Part shown: piece after piece, positions 1-7,169 of the stretch | How the letters are laid out: each line of letters opens with the position of its first letter | Numbering within the stretch: the stretch's first letter is position 1 | DNA from: Clostridia bacterium | GTDB lineage: Bacteria; Bacillota; Clostridia; Christensenellales; Aristaeellaceae | Length of the DNA stretch: 20,268 nucleotides | NCBI GenBank assembly: GCA_024404275.1 | Contig: JAKSQG010000015.1 | Span: 1-20,268, forward strand | Reading direction: 5' to 3' | Notes under the pieces: model-generated | What the model was told of the DNA's origin: nothing | What the model saw: only the letters and a program-made list of their open reading frames with translations | Databases searched by the model: none | Made by a program: the position numbers and the translations under genes

Positions 1-3000
1 TGCCTCGCCCTGAAAGAAGAGGGCTACGAGGTCATCCTCTGCAACTCCAACCCCGCCACCATCATGACCGACCCCTCCATTGCCGACAAGGTGTACATGG
101 AGCCCCTCACCCTCGAATATCTGGCCAAGATCATCCGTACCGAGCGCCCGGACGCCCTGCTGCCCGGCATCGGCGGTCAGACCGGCCTCAACCTTGCCAT
201 GCAGCTGAGCCGCAAGGGCGTCCTCAAGGAGTGCCGCGTCGAACTTTTGGGCACCCCCGGCGAATCCATTGAGCGCGCCGAGGACCGCGAGCTGTTCAAG
301 GAGCTGTGCCTGTCCATCGGCGAGCCCGTGCTGCCCTCCCTCATTGCCGAAAGCATGGAAGAGGGCGTCAAGGCTGCTGAAGAGATCGGCTACCCCGTGG
401 TACTGCGCCCCGCCTTCACTCTGGGCGGCACCGGCGGCGGCTTTGCCGACAATGAGGAGGAGCTGCGCACCATCCTCAAAAACGCGCTCATTCTTTCGCC
501 TGTGCATCAGGTGCTGATTGAAAAGAGCGTCAAGGGCTACAAAGAGATCGAATACGAGGTCATGCGTGACAGCAATGACACCGCCATCACCATCTGCAAC
601 ATGGAAAACATCGACCCCGTCGGCATCCATACCGGCGACTCGGTGGTGGTCTGCCCCTCCCAGACGCTGACCAACAAGGAATACCACATGCTGCGTGACA
701 GCGCGCTCAAGATCATCCGCGCCCTCAAAATTCAGGGCGGCTGCAATGTACAGTTCGCGCTCGATCCCAACAGCTTCAACTATTACCTCATCGAGGTCAA
801 CCCCCGCGTGTCCCGCTCCTCCGCCCTTGCCAGCAAGGCGAGCGGCTACCCCATTGCCCGTGTCAGCGCCAAGATCAGCGTGGGCATGCGTCTGGAGGAG
901 ATTCCGCTGGCCAACACCCCCGCCTCCTTTGAGCCGGCGCTGGACTATGTGGTCACCAAAATGCCCCGCTTCCCCTTCGATAAGTTCACCGATGCCAGCA
1001 ACAGCCTGAGCACCCAGATGAAGGCCACCGGCGAGGTCATGAGCGTGGGCCGCACCATTGAGGAAAGCCTGCTCAAGGCTGTCCGCTCTCTGGAGATCGG
1101 CGTCAACCACCTGCACATGGTCAAGTTTGACACCATGCCCACCGAGGAGCTGCTCAGCTACATCACCATCGGCACCGATGACCGTCTGTTTGCCATGGCG
1201 GAGCTGCTGCGCCGCGGCCTGCCTGTGGAAGCGCTCGCCAAGCCCACCCGCATCGACCCCCTCTTCATCCGCAAGCTGCTCAACATCGTGCGCATGGAAG
1301 AAAGCCTCAAAAACAACCTGCCCACCATGGAGCTGCTCTATCAGGCCAAGCGCATGGGCTTCTCCGACCGCGCCATCGCCGCTTTCTGGCACAAAACGCC
1401 CCGCGATATCTTTGAAATGCGCAGCCGCGGCGGTATCTTCCCCGTTTACAAGATGATCGATACCTGCGCCTCAGAGTTCTCCTCCTACGTGCCGTACTTC
1501 TACTCCACCTACGAGGAAGAAAACGAATCCATCGTCTCCGACCGCAAAAAGGTCATCGTGCTGGGCTCCGGCCCCATCCGCATCGGTCAGGGCGTGGAGT
1601 TTGACTATTCCACCGTGCACGCGGTCAAAACCATCCGCGAAGCCGGCTACGAGGCTATCATCATCAACAACAACCCCGAAACGGTTTCTACCGATTACAC
1701 CACTGCCGACAAACTGTACTTTGAGCCCCTCTGCACCGAGGATGTGCTCAACATCGTCACTCTGGAAAAGCCCCTCGGCGTCATCGCCTCTCTTGGTGGT
1801 CAGACCGCCGTCAACCTGGCGGCTCCGCTGGCAGAATACGGTGTGCCCATCATCGGCACCGATTGCGAGGCCATCGAAAAGGCCGAAAACCGTGACGCCT
1901 TTGAAAAGGTGCTGGAGGAGCTGAACATTCCCCAGCCCAACGGCTGTGCCGTCACCAACATTGAAGATGGTGTGGCCGCCGCTGCCCGCATCGGCTATCC
2001 CGTGCTGGTGCGCCCCAGCTTTGTGCTGGGCGGCCGTGCCATGCAGATCGTCGCCAAGGAAGCCGACCTGCGCCACTATCTGCAGACCGCCGTGGAAATC
2101 GACGAAGACAAGCCTGTGCTGGTGGATAAGTACATCCGCGGCAAGGAGGTCGAGGTCGACGCCATCTGCGACGGACAGGATGTGTTCGTCCCCGGCATCA
2201 TGGAGCTGGTCGAACGCACCGGCGTGCACTCCGGCGACAGCATCAGCGTGTATCCCTCCTTCTCCATTCCGGACAAGGTCAAGGGCACCATTCTGACCTA
2301 CACCCGCATGCTGGGTCTGGCCATTGGCATCAAGGGTCTGTTCAACATCCAGTTCATCGTGGATGAAGAGAACCATGTTTACATCATCGAGGTCAACCCC
2401 CGTTCCTCCCGCACCGTGCCCTTCCTGTCCAAGGCAACGGGCTACAGCCTGGCCGACATTGCCACCTATGTCATCCTCGGCAAAACGCTCAAGGAGCAGG
2501 GCATTTTCCGCCTCTATCCCGATGAAAAGCAGCGTTGGTACGTCAAGGCGCCTGCCTTCTCCTTCTCCAAGCTGCACGGCATGGATTCCTACCTCTCGCC
2601 CGAAATGAAGTCCACCGGCGAGGCCATCGGTTACGACAGCCGCCTGCACCGCGCCATGCTGAAAGCCCTGGCCGCCTCCGGCATGCGCATCCAGAATTAC
2701 GGCACCGTCATCGTCACCCTTGCCAACGAGGATAAAGAAGAAGCGCTGCCCCTCGTGCGCCGCTTCTACGATATGGGCTTCAACATTGAAGCCACCGCGG
2801 GTACCGGCCGCTTCCTCAAGGAGCACGGCATCCGCACCAAGATCCTCAAAAAAGTATCCGAAGGCAGCACCGAGATCCTCGATTCCATCCGCGCCGGCTA
2901 TGTCAACTACATCCTCAATACCCGCTCCATTCTGTCCGGTGTGCACAACGGCGACGGCGTTGCCATCCGCCGCTGCGCCATGGAAAACGGCGTCAACACC

Positions 3001-3084
3001 TTCACCTCGCTGGATACCGTGCGCATCCTGCTTGACGTGCTGGAGGAGATCACCATGACCGTCTCCACCATCAACGCGGAATAA
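1..3084 (+). CDS. carB: Carbamoyl-phosphate synthase large subunit, 5' partial (N-terminus lies upstream of the window)
   Basis: The frame is open from base 1 (CLALKEEGYEVILCNSNPATIMTDP...), so the ATG at 64 is internal. There are two ATP-grasp halves with IEVNPRVSRSSALASKASGYPIA and IEVNPRSSRTVPFLSKATGY motifs and a C-terminal MGS-like domain. TAA stop at 3082-3084. Confidence 0.97.
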   Translation, partial: CLALKEEGYEVILCNSNPATIMTDPSIADKVYMEPLTLEYLAKIIRTERPDALLPGIGGQTGLNLAMQLSRKGVLKECRVELLGTPGESIERAEDRELFKELCLSIGEPVLPSLIAESMEEGVKAAEEIGYPVVLRPAFTLGGTGGGFADNEEELRTILKNALILSPVHQVLIEKSVKGYKEIEYEVMRDSNDTAITICNMENIDPVGIHTGDSVVVCPSQTLTNKEYHMLRDSALKIIRALKIQGGCNVQFALDPNSFNYYLIEVNPRVSRSSALASKASGYPIARVSAKISVGMRLEEIPLANTPASFEPALDYVVTKMPRFPFDKFTDASNSLSTQMKATGEVMSVGRTIEESLLKAVRSLEIGVNHLHMVKFDTMPTEELLSYITIGTDDRLFAMAELLRRGLPVEALAKPTRIDPLFIRKLLNIVRMEESLKNNLPTMELLYQAKRMGFSDRAIAAFWHKTPRDIFEMRSRGGIFPVYKMIDTCASEFSSYVPYFYSTYEEENESIVSDRKKVIVLGSGPIRIGQGVEFDYSTVHAVKTIREAGYEAIIINNNPETVSTDYTTADKLYFEPLCTEDVLNIVTLEKPLGVIASLGGQTAVNLAAPLAEYGVPIIGTDCEAIEKAENRDAFEKVLEELNIPQPNGCAVTNIEDGVAAAARIGYPVLVRPSFVLGGRAMQIVAKEADLRHYLQTAVEIDEDKPVLVDKYIRGKEVEVDAICDGQDVFVPGIMELVERTGVHSGDSISVYPSFSIPDKVKGTILTYTRMLGLAIGIKGLFNIQFIVDEENHVYIIEVNPRSSRTVPFLSKATGYSLADIATYVILGKTLKEQGIFRLYPDEKQRWYVKAPAFSFSKLHGMDSYLSPEMKSTGEAIGYDSRLHRAMLKALAASGMRIQNYGTVIVTLANEDKEEALPLVRRFYDMGFNIEATAGTGRFLKEHGIRTKILKKVSEGSTEILDSIRAGYVNYILNTRSILSGVHNGDGVAIRRCAMENGVNTFTSLDTVRILLDVLEEITMTVSTINAE

Positions 3085-3102
3085 AGGGGACGAAGCTTTT
3101 TC

Positions 3103-3150
3103 AAGGGGGAACCACGCTTTCCGCAGCCGGAAAGCATCGTTCCCCCTTTT
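3103..3150 (+). terminator. Rho-independent terminator after carB
   Basis: Compound hairpin. The outer stem is aagggggaac (3103-3112) with gttccccctt (3139-3148). The inner stem is gctttccg (3116-3123) with cggaaagc (3128-3135). A T run follows to 3150. Confidence 0.8.
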
Positions 3151-3258
3151 ACCCCCTCCGAGAAAGAGCTGTTCTAAGCAAAACAATGGGAAGGAAAACG
3201 ACATTTCTCTCTCCCATCACCGACAACAGACAGTTATTCTTAAAGGATGTGTGCTCCC

Positions 3259-3882
3259 ATGAAGCGGCTTTTATGCTACGGCGATTCCAACACCTGGGGG
3301 TATAACCCCGTTACGCAGGAACGTTTTCCATAGAACATCCGTTGGACCGGTCTGCTTCAGGAAAAGCTGAAGGATGCCGGTGTCCGCGTCCTTGAAGAAG
3401 GCCGAAACGGCAGAACGACCGTATTTGAAGACCCCTCATGGGAAGGACTTTGCGGATACGCCGCCCTTCCGGAAATCCTGCAAGCCTCCAGCCCGCTGGA
3501 TGCAGCCATCCTCATGCTGGGCACAAATGACTGCAAAACCTGCTTCCATGCCTCCGCCGAACAGATTGCAAACGGCGCAGCCAGATGCATCGATCTTCTG
3601 CTGCAGTATGTTCCCGCAGACAAGATCCTGCTCATCTCCCCGCTTCATCTCGGTCCCGATGTGTGGCAGCCGGACCACGATCCGGATTTCGACAAAAATT
3701 CGATCACCACTTCCAGGCAGCTGGCAGACGCGTACCGCAAAGTGGCTGTCCAAAAGCAGGTGCGGTTTCTGGATGCCGCACAATACGCTGCAGCCAGCAG
3801 TGCCGATGATGAGCACCTCGACCCCGCCGGTCACGCCGTGATGGCTGATATCATCCTGAAAACGATCAGCGATATGCTGTAA
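3259..3882 (+). pseudogene. SGNH/GDSL-family hydrolase (arylesterase/acyltransferase-like) interrupted by one in-frame TAG at 3331-3333 (codon 25)
   Basis: Hand translation from ATG 3259 gives MKRLLCYGDSNTWGYNPVTQERFP*NIRWTGLLQEKLKDAGVRVLEEGRNGRTTVFEDP...LMLGTNDCK...DDEHLDPAGH. All four SGNH blocks are in one frame (GDS, G-x-N-G, GTND, D-x-x-H). The ORF track reports only the tail, 3514-3882. TAA stop at 3880-3882. Confidence 0.8.
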
Positions 3883-3925
3883 GCAGCCTTCCAACCGCTT
3901 CACTTCTCTTCACATCCGATAAACA

Positions 3926-3976
3926 AAAACACCTTTGCTTTGATGAAAGTTCCTGTTCATCAAGCAAAGGTGTTTT
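3926..3976. terminator. Bidirectional intrinsic terminator between the convergent SGNH and sanA-like genes
   Basis: aaaacacctttgctttgatgaa (from 3926) pairs with ttcatcaagcaaaggtgtttt (3956-3976) as a ~20 bp stem with one bulged T. It is flanked by an A run 5' and a T run 3', so it reads as stem plus U-tract on both strands. Confidence 0.8.
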
Positions 3977-3995
3977 ATGATGATTACCGCTCTTG

Positions 3996-4682
3996 TCACA
4001 TTGCGCCGAGCCATTGCGCCGTAGCGCCGTCATCGGTGACTGAACCGCTGCCGTGTATATCAACAGGGTCCCCGCCCGCGGCTGTTGGCAAATGAAGCAG
4101 CGTGACAAACACATCCTTGACCCGCGCCAACGCTTCACGGGCATACAGCCCCGCGGTATATCGCCATCCGTAATCGTACATTTCCGCGGATACGCCCTGC
4201 GCCGTCATGCCCTGCCCTTGGGCATTCCAGATCGCCCGATACAGGTGATAAGGCTGCGTGACAACGATCACCGACTCACAACCAAAAATGGCTTTGGCGC
4301 GGTACATGCTGTCATACGTGCAAAAACCCGCGTGATCCATGAAAATATCCTCCGGCGGCACATTGTGCTCCACGGCGTAACGCTTCATGGCATTCACTTC
4401 GTCATAATCGTCGCTGCCGTGATCGCCGCTCATCAGCAGTTTCGGCGCCGCTCCGCACTGATACAGGTCAATGGCGGTATTCAATCTGCGTGTCAGCATC
4501 CGCCCGGGCGTTCCATCCGCCAGCAAACCGCTGCCAAGGACAAGGATGCAATCCGCCGGCTGCACCTGCTCCGCCGAGCGAATCCGATCACGCGTGCCAA
4601 AGATCACCAGCAGATTCAGCCCCGCTGTAGTCAGACAAAGCACCAGCAGAAAAACCAGCAGCCCTTTACACAGTTTTTTCAT
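3996..4682 (-). CDS. SanA/YdcF-like DUF218 membrane-anchored protein (vancomycin high-temperature exclusion protein family)
   Basis: N-terminal TM helix MKKLCKGLLVFLLVLCLTTAGLNLLVIFG, followed by the DUF218 core ILVLGSG...PKLLMSGDHGSDDYDEVNAMKRY...DHAGFCTYDSMYRAKAIF...VTQPYHLYRA. I place the start at ATG 4682, with GGAGGA 6 nt upstream, rather than at the track ORF start 4733. TGA stop at 3996-3998. Confidence 0.8.
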   Translation of the reverse strand: MKKLCKGLLVFLLVLCLTTAGLNLLVIFGTRDRIRSAEQVQPADCILVLGSGLLADGTPGRMLTRRLNTAIDLYQCGAAPKLLMSGDHGSDDYDEVNAMKRYAVEHNVPPEDIFMDHAGFCTYDSMYRAKAIFGCESVIVVTQPYHLYRAIWNAQGQGMTAQGVSAEMYDYGWRYTAGLYAREALARVKDVFVTLLHLPTAAGGDPVDIHGSGSVTDDGATAQWLGAM

Positions 4683-4819
4683 CTGTATCCTCCGAATCTG
4701 TCGGTATGCACCGCGGACAAAGCCTGTCCCCAACCCATTTTCAAAGATGATTTGGGGCGGGTACGCTTTTCATCCCTGAAAAACATCCCGCCCCAGCAAA
4801 CCTTATTGTATTCCGTTCA

Positions 4820-5326
4820 TTACTTGGAAACGACCCACAGATCGCTCAGGATCGTGATGGCCGTGTCGATCATCTCGGCGGTCACTTCGCCCTCGGTGTA
4901 CACACCGATGGTGATGAAATAGCCCTGCCAGATGGTCACGATCTCAACGGTACCGCTCTCGGCGCCGGTTTCGCACAGAATGATCAGGTCGGTGCCATGG
5001 GTCGTCTTGCGGGAAAAGTCAAACTCCGGAGCGTTGAGGTCACCGCTGAACAGCTCTTCCACCTGCGCCTTTTCTTCATCGGTCAGGTTTTCGACGGACA
5101 GGGTGTAGCCGTCAAAGATCTCACTGAACGCAACGGAACCGTAATATACGGGCATATCTTCCTTTTCGGAGGTAAAGGTATAGTACAGTTCGCCGTTATA
5201 GCTCTCCTGCTCCAGGGTGTAGCCTTCGGGGATGGCATCCATGTTGATCACATAGTTCGCTTCCTCGGCAAAGGCTGTGCAGCACAGCAGGCACAGAACA
5301 GCCAGAATCGCCAAAAACTTTTTCAT
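4820..5326 (-). CDS. Secreted acidic protein of unknown function (168 aa)
   Basis: ATG at 5326 with AAGGAGAGGA upstream. Cleavable signal peptide MKKFLAILAVLCLLCCTAFA/EE. The mature part is rich in E/D/Y/T and contains no motif I recognise. It starts 28 nt downstream of the SH3b gene, so co-transcription is likely. Confidence 0.75.
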   Translation of the reverse strand: MKKFLAILAVLCLLCCTAFAEEANYVINMDAIPEGYTLEQESYNGELYYTFTSEKEDMPVYYGSVAFSEIFDGYTLSVENLTDEEKAQVEELFSGDLNAPEFDFSRKTTHGTDLIILCETGAESGTVEIVTIWQGYFITIGVYTEGEVTAEMIDTAITILSDLWVVSK

Positions 5327-5354
5327 TGTTTTTTCCTCTCCTTTGCTCGTTTGA

Positions 5355-5957
5355 TCAGTAATAGAGCTTCTCGGTAAAGGACTTCATGATGAAGCCAACA
5401 TAGCCCTTGGAATTCTTGACCTGATACCATTTGCTGCCTTCGGCAATCACGGTCAGGTTTTCACCGGCATACACCTTGGCGATGACAGCGCCATCCGTGG
5501 AGGGCACCCAACGCAGGTTGACATAGCCGCCAGGACGGCTGGGCTTCGCGGTAATGGTCATGCTGCCGTTCACCAGCTTGTAGGAACGGAAGTTCAGGCT
5601 CTTGACGGTTTCAGCGGGAGCCGCGGTGGGAGCGGGCTTTACCTTGGGAGGATTGATGGACAGATAACGCATATCGACCCAGCCCTCGGAAACATGGTTG
5701 ACGTTTTCAACCTTGACCTTCAGATAATTGCCGTTGTGCTTGTCGCCGGCTACAACAGCAGTGCCGTTGGGAATCTGCACAAGTACCTTGGCAGAGGCGT
5801 TGCCATTCTCACGCAGGTTCAGGGTGCCGAGGTTGGGAGTATCCACATACAGGGTATCCCCGGGATTGATGCCGCGGATGTTGACAGATGCCATGGCAGA
5901 GGTGCCGCACAGAATCAGCATCATAGCCGCCAGCAGGGTGCAAAGAATTCTTTTCAC
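5355..5957 (-). CDS. Secreted protein with two bacterial SH3 (SH3b/SH3_3) domains and no catalytic domain
   Basis: I place the start at GTG 5957, with AAGGAGA 7 nt upstream, rather than at the track start 6053. Signal peptide (M)KRILCTLLAAMMLILCGTSAMA/S. Two SH3b-like repeats (LNLRENGNASAKVLVQIPNGTAV...YLKV and VNLRWVPSTDGAVIAKVYAGENLTV...WYQVK) are joined by a Pro/Ala linker. Confidence 0.75.
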   Translation of the reverse strand: MKRILCTLLAAMMLILCGTSAMASVNIRGINPGDTLYVDTPNLGTLNLRENGNASAKVLVQIPNGTAVVAGDKHNGNYLKVKVENVNHVSEGWVDMRYLSINPPKVKPAPTAAPAETVKSLNFRSYKLVNGSMTITAKPSRPGGYVNLRWVPSTDGAVIAKVYAGENLTVIAEGSKWYQVKNSKGYVGFIMKSFTEKLYY

Positions 5958-5997
5958 GGTGTTGATCTCCTTTTCGCAGTGATTTTTAATGGATAAT

Positions 5998-6025
5998 ATT
6001 ATACCACATTTTGCTTCCATTTCAA
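5998..6025 (-). promoter_or_regulatory. Sigma-70-type promoter with extended -10 for the SH3b/secreted-protein operon
   Basis: The minus strand reads TTGAAA (6025-6020), a 16-nt spacer ending in TGG, then TATAAT (6003-5998). This gives TGnTATAAT about 40 nt upstream of GTG 5957. Confidence 0.7.
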
Positions 6026-6161
6026 CCTTCACAGGGCAAAGAGAATGTAACATTTCTCCTTTTGCCGCTGAAAAGCGAGCATTGTTTGTTCAAACGCCCG
6101 CAAATAACGGAGGAGTGCCCGCTTTTCAACACAGAAACAGGCACTTCCCATTACTTGTCCA

Positions 6162-6554
6162 TCAGTGCAGCTCGCGCTCCACAACACACTCGTTTTTGAT
6201 ATGACCCACCAGCGTCTGCAGGCAATCGACCACACGCGGACGGATATCGCCGCCGATGAGCACATACATGATGTCGTCGCCCACCTTCAATTCGCCCTGA
6301 TTGAGCCACACGCGCACATAAAAGATGCCGGGCATCTTTTTCGCATCCTCAATGGCGGCTTCCACTTTCGCGGCGTCATAGTCAAAATACATGCCTGTTA
6401 CATCCGCAGCGGTGGTGTCGTTCTGGCGCACACGCGCTTTGGCATCCACGCGCACCACTCCGTTATGGGTCAAAAACATGCCGCAGCGGGCTGCGTCACA
6501 GGAGGCTTTGGCTTCCTGCAGCCAGGCGTCCATGGAAGGTACCGGTTTGCTCAT
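6162..6554 (-). CDS. MoaE-like (molybdopterin synthase large-subunit fold) protein, orphan
   Basis: The ~130 aa protein aligns by eye to MoaE. GMFLTHNGVVR matches GAVVTFTGKVR, and VWLNQGELKVGDDIMYVLIGGDIRPRVVDCLQTLVGHIKNECVVERE matches IHRIGELWPGDEIVFVGVTSAHR...YLKTRAPFWKRE. ATG 6554 is preferred because GGAGA lies 6 nt upstream, whereas ATG 6560 abuts the SD. Confidence 0.6.
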   Translation of the reverse strand: MSKPVPSMDAWLQEAKASCDAARCGMFLTHNGVVRVDAKARVRQNDTTAADVTGMYFDYDAAKVEAAIEDAKKMPGIFYVRVWLNQGELKVGDDIMYVLIGGDIRPRVVDCLQTLVGHIKNECVVERELH

Positions 6555-6570
6555 TGTCATTCTCCTTTTT

Positions 6571-6607
6571 TTATAAAAGAAAGCCGCCCGAAAAACGGAC
6601 GGCTTTC
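6571..6607 (-). terminator. Rho-independent terminator after rplQ (end of the alpha operon)
   Basis: The minus strand reads gaaagccgtccg-uuuuu-cgggcggcuuuc (11 of 12 bp) followed by UUUUAUAA. It sits 13 nt after the rplQ stop codon. Confidence 0.8.
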
Positions 6608-6619
6608 CAATGTGCTGAA

Positions 6620-7132
6620 TTACACCAGCTCGATAACGACCATTTCAGCAGCGTCGCCGCGGCGGGGTCCCAGCTTATAAATGCGGGTGTAGCCGCCGGC
6701 GCAACCCTTATCCAGGTTGCGGGCACGATACTTGGGGCCATACTCACGGAACATCTTCTCAATCAGAGGATGCTTGTTGTCCTTGGTACGCTCCTTGTAC
6801 TCGCTCTTGCTCTCGTCGGCCTGCTTGGGCTCCTGCATATCATACAGGTAGCTCATCATCACACGACGGGCGGTCAGCTTTTCAGGCAGGTCGTTGGTCA
6901 CGGTGGCTTCCACGATCTGGCCCTTGTCATTATGGAACTTCTTCTGAACATCCACGGTCTTGTCATACTCGCGGACAGCCAGAGTAATCATCTTTTCAGC
7001 AATGCTGCGCACTTCCTTGGCACGGGCTTCGGTGGTCTCGATGCGGCCATACCAGAGCAGGTTGGTCACCTGGTTGCGCAGCAGCGCCTTGCGCTTGTCG
7101 GCCGTACGGCCCAGCTTACGTTGCGTTGCCAT
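6620..7132 (-). CDS. rplQ: 50S ribosomal protein L17 (expanded 170-aa form)
   Basis: N-terminus [22 protein letters not shown]...[12 protein letters not shown] and C-terminus [25 protein letters not shown] match L17. ATG at 7132, TAA at 6620. The gene follows rpoA. Confidence 0.95.
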   Translation of the reverse strand: MATQRKLGRTADKRKALLRNQVTNLLWYGRIETTEARAKEVRSIAEKMITLAVREYDKTVDVQKKFHNDKGQIVEATVTNDLPEKLTARRVMMSYLYDMQEPKQADESKSEYKERTKDNKHPLIEKMFREYGPKYRARNLDKGCAGGYTRIYKLGPRRGDAAEMVVIELV

Positions 7133-7169
7133 GAGGTTTGCCTCCTTACGCCTTATTCAGGCGGCTTCC

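Noticed and set aside
1471-3204. A 577-aa ORF antisense to carB. Similar long antisense ORFs occur at 18076-19701 (+), 12153-13478 (+), 16156-17223 (+), 6960-8138 (+), 8150-8992 (+), 10654-11394 (+), 14931-16140 (+) and 4053-4922 (+).
   Set aside because: All lie exactly opposite strongly recognisable conserved genes. They translate to low-complexity G/A/D/V/H-rich sequence, lack SD sites, and are the expected stop-free antisense frames of GC3-rich coding DNA.
3247-3258. An alternative upstream ATG at 3247 for the SGNH gene (MCAPMKRLL...).
   Set aside because: The AAGGA motif abuts this ATG with no spacing. Homologues begin M-K/R-x-(I/L)-L-C-(F/Y)-GDS, which matches ATG 3259.
3331-3333. Pyrrolysine or a reassigned TAG as the primary explanation for the in-frame stop in the SGNH hydrolase.
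   Set aside because: No pyl genes, suppressor tRNA or second example is visible in the window. The absence of TAG stops among highly expressed genes is expected anyway, since they favour TAA. I keep this only as an alternative to test, and the working call is pseudogene or sequencing error.
6098-6124. The direct repeat gcccgc ... gcccgc separated by 15 nt.
   Set aside because: A 6-nt GC-rich repeat occurring twice is expected by chance at this GC content. No array-like periodicity is present.
6112-6148. The hairpin ggagtgcc / ggcacttcc downstream of the MoaE-like stop, considered as a terminator.
   Set aside because: The stem has a bulge, the loop is ~20 nt, and only a weak T-containing tail (tccgttatttg) follows. 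That is not good enough to call, although it may still end the transcript.
6555-6619. A possible Moco riboswitch or dedicated promoter upstream of the MoaE-like gene.
   Set aside because: The gap is only 65 nt and is fully accounted for by the rplQ terminator hairpin plus the SD. This is too short for a Moco RNA motif, and no -35/-10 pair is present.
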